Shown: positions 60,958-64,000 of the stretch, in pieces | Layout: the number at the start of each line of letters is the position of its first letter | How positions within the stretch are numbered: the stretch's first letter is position 1 | NCBI GenBank assembly: GCA_963674745.2 | Contig: CAXXDV010000001.1 | Span: 1,984,001 to 2,048,000 of the forward strand | Origin: Desulfosudaceae bacterium | GTDB lineage: Bacteria > Desulfobacterota > Desulfobacteria > Desulfobacterales > Desulfosudaceae | DNA: 64,000 bases | Direction: 5' to 3' | Notes under the pieces: model-generated | The model's input: the letters and a program-made list of their open reading frames with translations, nothing else | Told to the model about the DNA's origin: nothing | Databases searched by the model: none | Translations under genes and position numbers: made by a program

Positions 60958-63084
60958 CTATTTCGCCTGTTGCACGTCAAAAGTGTCTTCGGTAACCCCT
61001 TCTCTTTCCAGAATCCGCTTGATGATCCGGTGAGAATTCGTTTTGGTGAATTCATCGACGATGCGGATATATCGAGGGATCGCGAATCTGGCCAGTTTAT
61101 CGGATAGAAAACCGATCAGGTCGGCCGGTTTCAGGGATTTGCCGTCCACCAGGCGGATGGATGCCATGATTTCGTCTTCGGCCAGTTCCGACGGAACGGC
61201 ATAAACAGCCACTTCTTCCACGGCCGGGTGTTCCATGATGACCTGTTCGACCTCATAGGCTGATACGTTTTCACCGCCTTTTCTCATGGACTCGGTATTG
61301 CGGCCGACAAAATAAAGAAAACCGTTGACGTCCTCTTTGACCAGGTCGCCGGTACGCAACCAGCCATCACCGGATTTTTTCTTTGAGGCTTCTTCGTTCT
61401 TGTAGTATTCGACACGGCTTTTTTCTTTCTTGGCTTCAAAGATAAGCTCGCCGGGAACGCCGGTGGGGACATCAAAGCCCCGTTCGTCGACCAGCCGGTA
61501 TTTAACCATCCGTGGTATTTTTCCCAGGGCGCCGACCGGCGCGTTCCCGAAATTGAAAATGCCTTTGCCGCCGCCGTCGATGGCCCCGTAGGCTTCATAA
61601 AGCTGGACCCCGAACCGCTTTTCAAACGGCGCCCACATCTCGGGCGGACAACCGGCGGAGTTGATGAACCGCACTTTGTTCTGTGAATCGGTCGGTTTTT
61701 CGGGTTGTTTCATGAGAATCGGAATGATCGAGCCGATGGTGTTGAAAACCGTCACATCGTATTTGCGAATGTCGTCCCAGAAGCCGCTGGCCGAGAATTT
61801 TCGGGCCAGGGCCAGGGTGCCCTGGATCCCCATGGTCATGGTGGTTGTCGCCAGCAGGGCGTTGCCGTGACACAGCGCGAAGGCGGTGTAATATACGTCG
61901 TCCTTTTTGAGCATCAGGTGGGATACCAGGCACATCAGGGTAACCGAGCTTTTTCTGTAGCGATAGACGACGCCTTTTGGCGGTCCGGTGGTGCCGGACG
62001 TGTACATGAGCATACAGATGTCATCGGGATTATAGCCGATGCCCGGATTTTTATCCGGAAAATCGGTATAGGCCCGGTTTAATTTGAGCATCCCCTCAGG
62101 CACAGGTATGCCGTCGGCTTCGGTTTCCACGTCATTGACGATAATGGCTTTTGTGTTTTCGAATTTTTCGACAGCCGGTTCAACCGAGTTCAGCAGTTCG
62201 GCGTCGACCACCAGAAAATCGATGTCACTGTGGTTGACCACATAGGCCAGGCCGTCGGCTTTGAGCTCGGGGTTGATGGTTACGGCATACATGCCGATTT
62301 TCTGGCAACCAAAGAAGATGTCCAAAAAGCGGGGGGAGTTTTTAAGCAGAATGCCCACGCCTCGCCCCTGTCCGCCGCCGAGATCAAGCAGAAAGTTGGC
62401 CATCCGGTTGGCGTTGTCGTCCATGGCACGATAGGTGTAGGCTTCTTCCCGGTAAAGCAGAAATGTTTTGTCCGGTACATCGGTGGCGTTCCTTTCAAGC
62501 AGGTCCGCCCAGGAAATGTCATCCGCCTTTTTACCCATGACGCGTTTCAGTGTGCCCCCCAAACGCCCTTTTTGGGCTTCTTTGGTGAAAAAGGAACTTA
62601 TGCCCACCATAGCCCGTCCGGCCATTTGGAGGCCGTTTTTGCGCATCCGCAATTTGTCGGCAAGCCCGTAGGTCGGGTGCAGCATATTCGGATCGGGTTC
62701 CGGCGTTTCGACGGCCTCTGTTTCATCTGTTTCCAGATACAGCTTCGGGTAGACCATTTCGCCGGACTGGGACAGCCGCTGATAAAAAAAGCCCGGGTTG
62801 AACCAGCGCTCGATAGTAATGGCCCCTTCGGGGCAGGCGGCCAGACAGCAGCCGCAGGAAATACAGTTGGTGACGCCGGGTGCCGCGGCACTCAACCAGG
62901 GCAGGCCGTCTTTCCATTTCATGGGGCCTTTGTCGCTTTTGATGGAACGGGCCGGACAGATGAACGTACAGATACCGCAGCGCTTGCATGTTTCGTCGTT
63001 AAAGGCCAGCATGCCGGTCGTCATTTCGTCCGGATCGATATAGTCGGGTATTTTCGTCCAGGGCTTTACATTTAAATGATTCAT
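60958..63084 (-). CDS. 4Fe-4S ferredoxin fused to CaiC-like acyl-CoA ligase
   Basis: N-terminal CKRCGICTFICP and CISCGCCLAACP; AMP-binding YTSGTTGPPKG, EAYGA, TGD, GENVSAYEVE. Confidence 0.88.
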   Translation of the reverse strand: MNHLNVKPWTKIPDYIDPDEMTTGMLAFNDETCKRCGICTFICPARSIKSDKGPMKWKDGLPWLSAAAPGVTNCISCGCCLAACPEGAITIERWFNPGFFYQRLSQSGEMVYPKLYLETDETEAVETPEPDPNMLHPTYGLADKLRMRKNGLQMAGRAMVGISSFFTKEAQKGRLGGTLKRVMGKKADDISWADLLERNATDVPDKTFLLYREEAYTYRAMDDNANRMANFLLDLGGGQGRGVGILLKNSPRFLDIFFGCQKIGMYAVTINPELKADGLAYVVNHSDIDFLVVDAELLNSVEPAVEKFENTKAIIVNDVETEADGIPVPEGMLKLNRAYTDFPDKNPGIGYNPDDICMLMYTSGTTGPPKGVVYRYRKSSVTLMCLVSHLMLKKDDVYYTAFALCHGNALLATTTMTMGIQGTLALARKFSASGFWDDIRKYDVTVFNTIGSIIPILMKQPEKPTDSQNKVRFINSAGCPPEMWAPFEKRFGVQLYEAYGAIDGGGKGIFNFGNAPVGALGKIPRMVKYRLVDERGFDVPTGVPGELIFEAKKEKSRVEYYKNEEASKKKSGDGWLRTGDLVKEDVNGFLYFVGRNTESMRKGGENVSAYEVEQVIMEHPAVEEVAVYAVPSELAEDEIMASIRLVDGKSLKPADLIGFLSDKLARFAIPRYIRIVDEFTKTNSHRIIKRILEREGVTEDTFDVQQAK

Positions 63085-63821
63085 TATTCCCCCTGCATTT
63101 CAATTCTGGGCGGTGTTTCCAGGCCGCCTTCAAACCACTGCACCATTTGTTTTTCCCGGGGCACCTGGCCGTCGGCCTTGACTTTGGGCCAGCCCACGGC
63201 AATGCAGTCGTTTAATTTATAAGGATACTTGACGCCGAATATTTTTTTCCATTTGGGGTAATACATGAGCAGCTTGATCATGCCCAGCCAGCAGGTGCCG
63301 GCACCCATGCTGTGGGCCGCCAGGACCATGTTCTGACCGCAGATACCGATATCGGTCGGCGGGCACGACACCCCCCGCCGGTCTTCCAGAAGCAGTATCA
63401 GGGTCGGGGCATGGTGAAAAACCGGACATTCATCGTTGGCAATGCTTCGCAAAAGCCCCATGGGAACCGGATGCAGTTCATTGTAGCTGCTACGGATGAT
63501 CAGTTTGGTCAGGGGCTTTAAAAAACGCCTGCGCATGGGGCTGCGGGTGTAATCAATACACCACATCATCCGTTTGGTGATTTTAACGGCGTCTTTTTCC
63601 ATTTCCGCCAGCATTTCCGGGCTTTTAACCACAATGAATTTCCAGGGCTGGGCGTTACCGGCCGACGGCGCATATCGTCCGGCTTCCAGGATCCTTCGGA
63701 TCATGAAATCCGGCAGGGGCTCTTTTTTAAAGGCCCGGATACTGCGCCGTTTGAGAATCACTTCTTCCACCGGCGTCCATTGGGCCAGGTCCGGTTTGTC
63801 TGATTTTTTCTTTTTGGGCAT
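63084..63821 (-). CDS. Nitroreductase family protein
   Basis: RRSIRAF, APSAGNAQPWKF, QNMVLAAHSMGAGTCW. Confidence 0.9.
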   Translation of the reverse strand: MPKKKKSDKPDLAQWTPVEEVILKRRSIRAFKKEPLPDFMIRRILEAGRYAPSAGNAQPWKFIVVKSPEMLAEMEKDAVKITKRMMWCIDYTRSPMRRRFLKPLTKLIIRSSYNELHPVPMGLLRSIANDECPVFHHAPTLILLLEDRRGVSCPPTDIGICGQNMVLAAHSMGAGTCWLGMIKLLMYYPKWKKIFGVKYPYKLNDCIAVGWPKVKADGQVPREKQMVQWFEGGLETPPRIEMQGE

Positions 63822-63904
63822 GGTCAGGCTCCTTGGTTGAATTCGGGTATGGCTGCTGTCTGTATTGTTACCATATTTTCAAAACCGCCACACGGATAAT
63901 TTGC

Positions 63905-64000
63905 TTACTTGCCGGGTGCTTCAAGGATGTGCATGCACATGGCCGCTTCTTCGCTTCCCAGGGCACCGCCGCCGTTTTCCGCGATGGCCATCCGGCAGTC
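63905..64000 (-). CDS. Thiolase-family (SCP2-type) protein, C-terminal end (truncated by window edge)
   Basis: Manual translation DCRMAIAENGGGALGSEEAAMCMHILEAPGK*. Confidence 0.7.
   Translation of the reverse strand, partial: DCRMAIAENGGGALGSEEAAMCMHILEAPGK

Overview
Core-genome window of a probable sulfate-reducing Desulfobacterota (class Desulfobacteria-like 16S and gene content). In order: the 3' part of rny, tyrS, a cobalamin riboswitch ahead of a divergent TrpD-like phosphoribosyltransferase and a Zn-dependent dehydrogenase, a complete rrn operon (16S, tRNA-Ile, tRNA-Ala, 23S, 5S) and a thiolase. Next come a small AT-rich decaying islet, a fadR / glpD-like / FGGY kinase / alkyl-DHAP-synthase-like operon with a palindromic FadR operator, assorted Fe-S and hypothetical genes, and a contiguous futalosine menaquinone operon. 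The last third holds a sigma54 promoter driving a highly structured transcript with a small ORF, amrS, plsC, AsmA-like and START genes, and an acyl-CoA dehydrogenase / ferredoxin-CoA ligase / nitroreductase / thiolase cluster. Many intergenic spaces carry degenerate 7-8-mer tandem arrays (some as inverted pairs) or long palindromic MITE/REP-like elements. Two genes are frameshifted. No CRISPR array, transposase or integrase was seen. The best candidate for an undescribed system is the B12-riboswitch-controlled TrpD-like + MDR dehydrogenase pair. All calls come from reading motifs by eye; no database searches were run.
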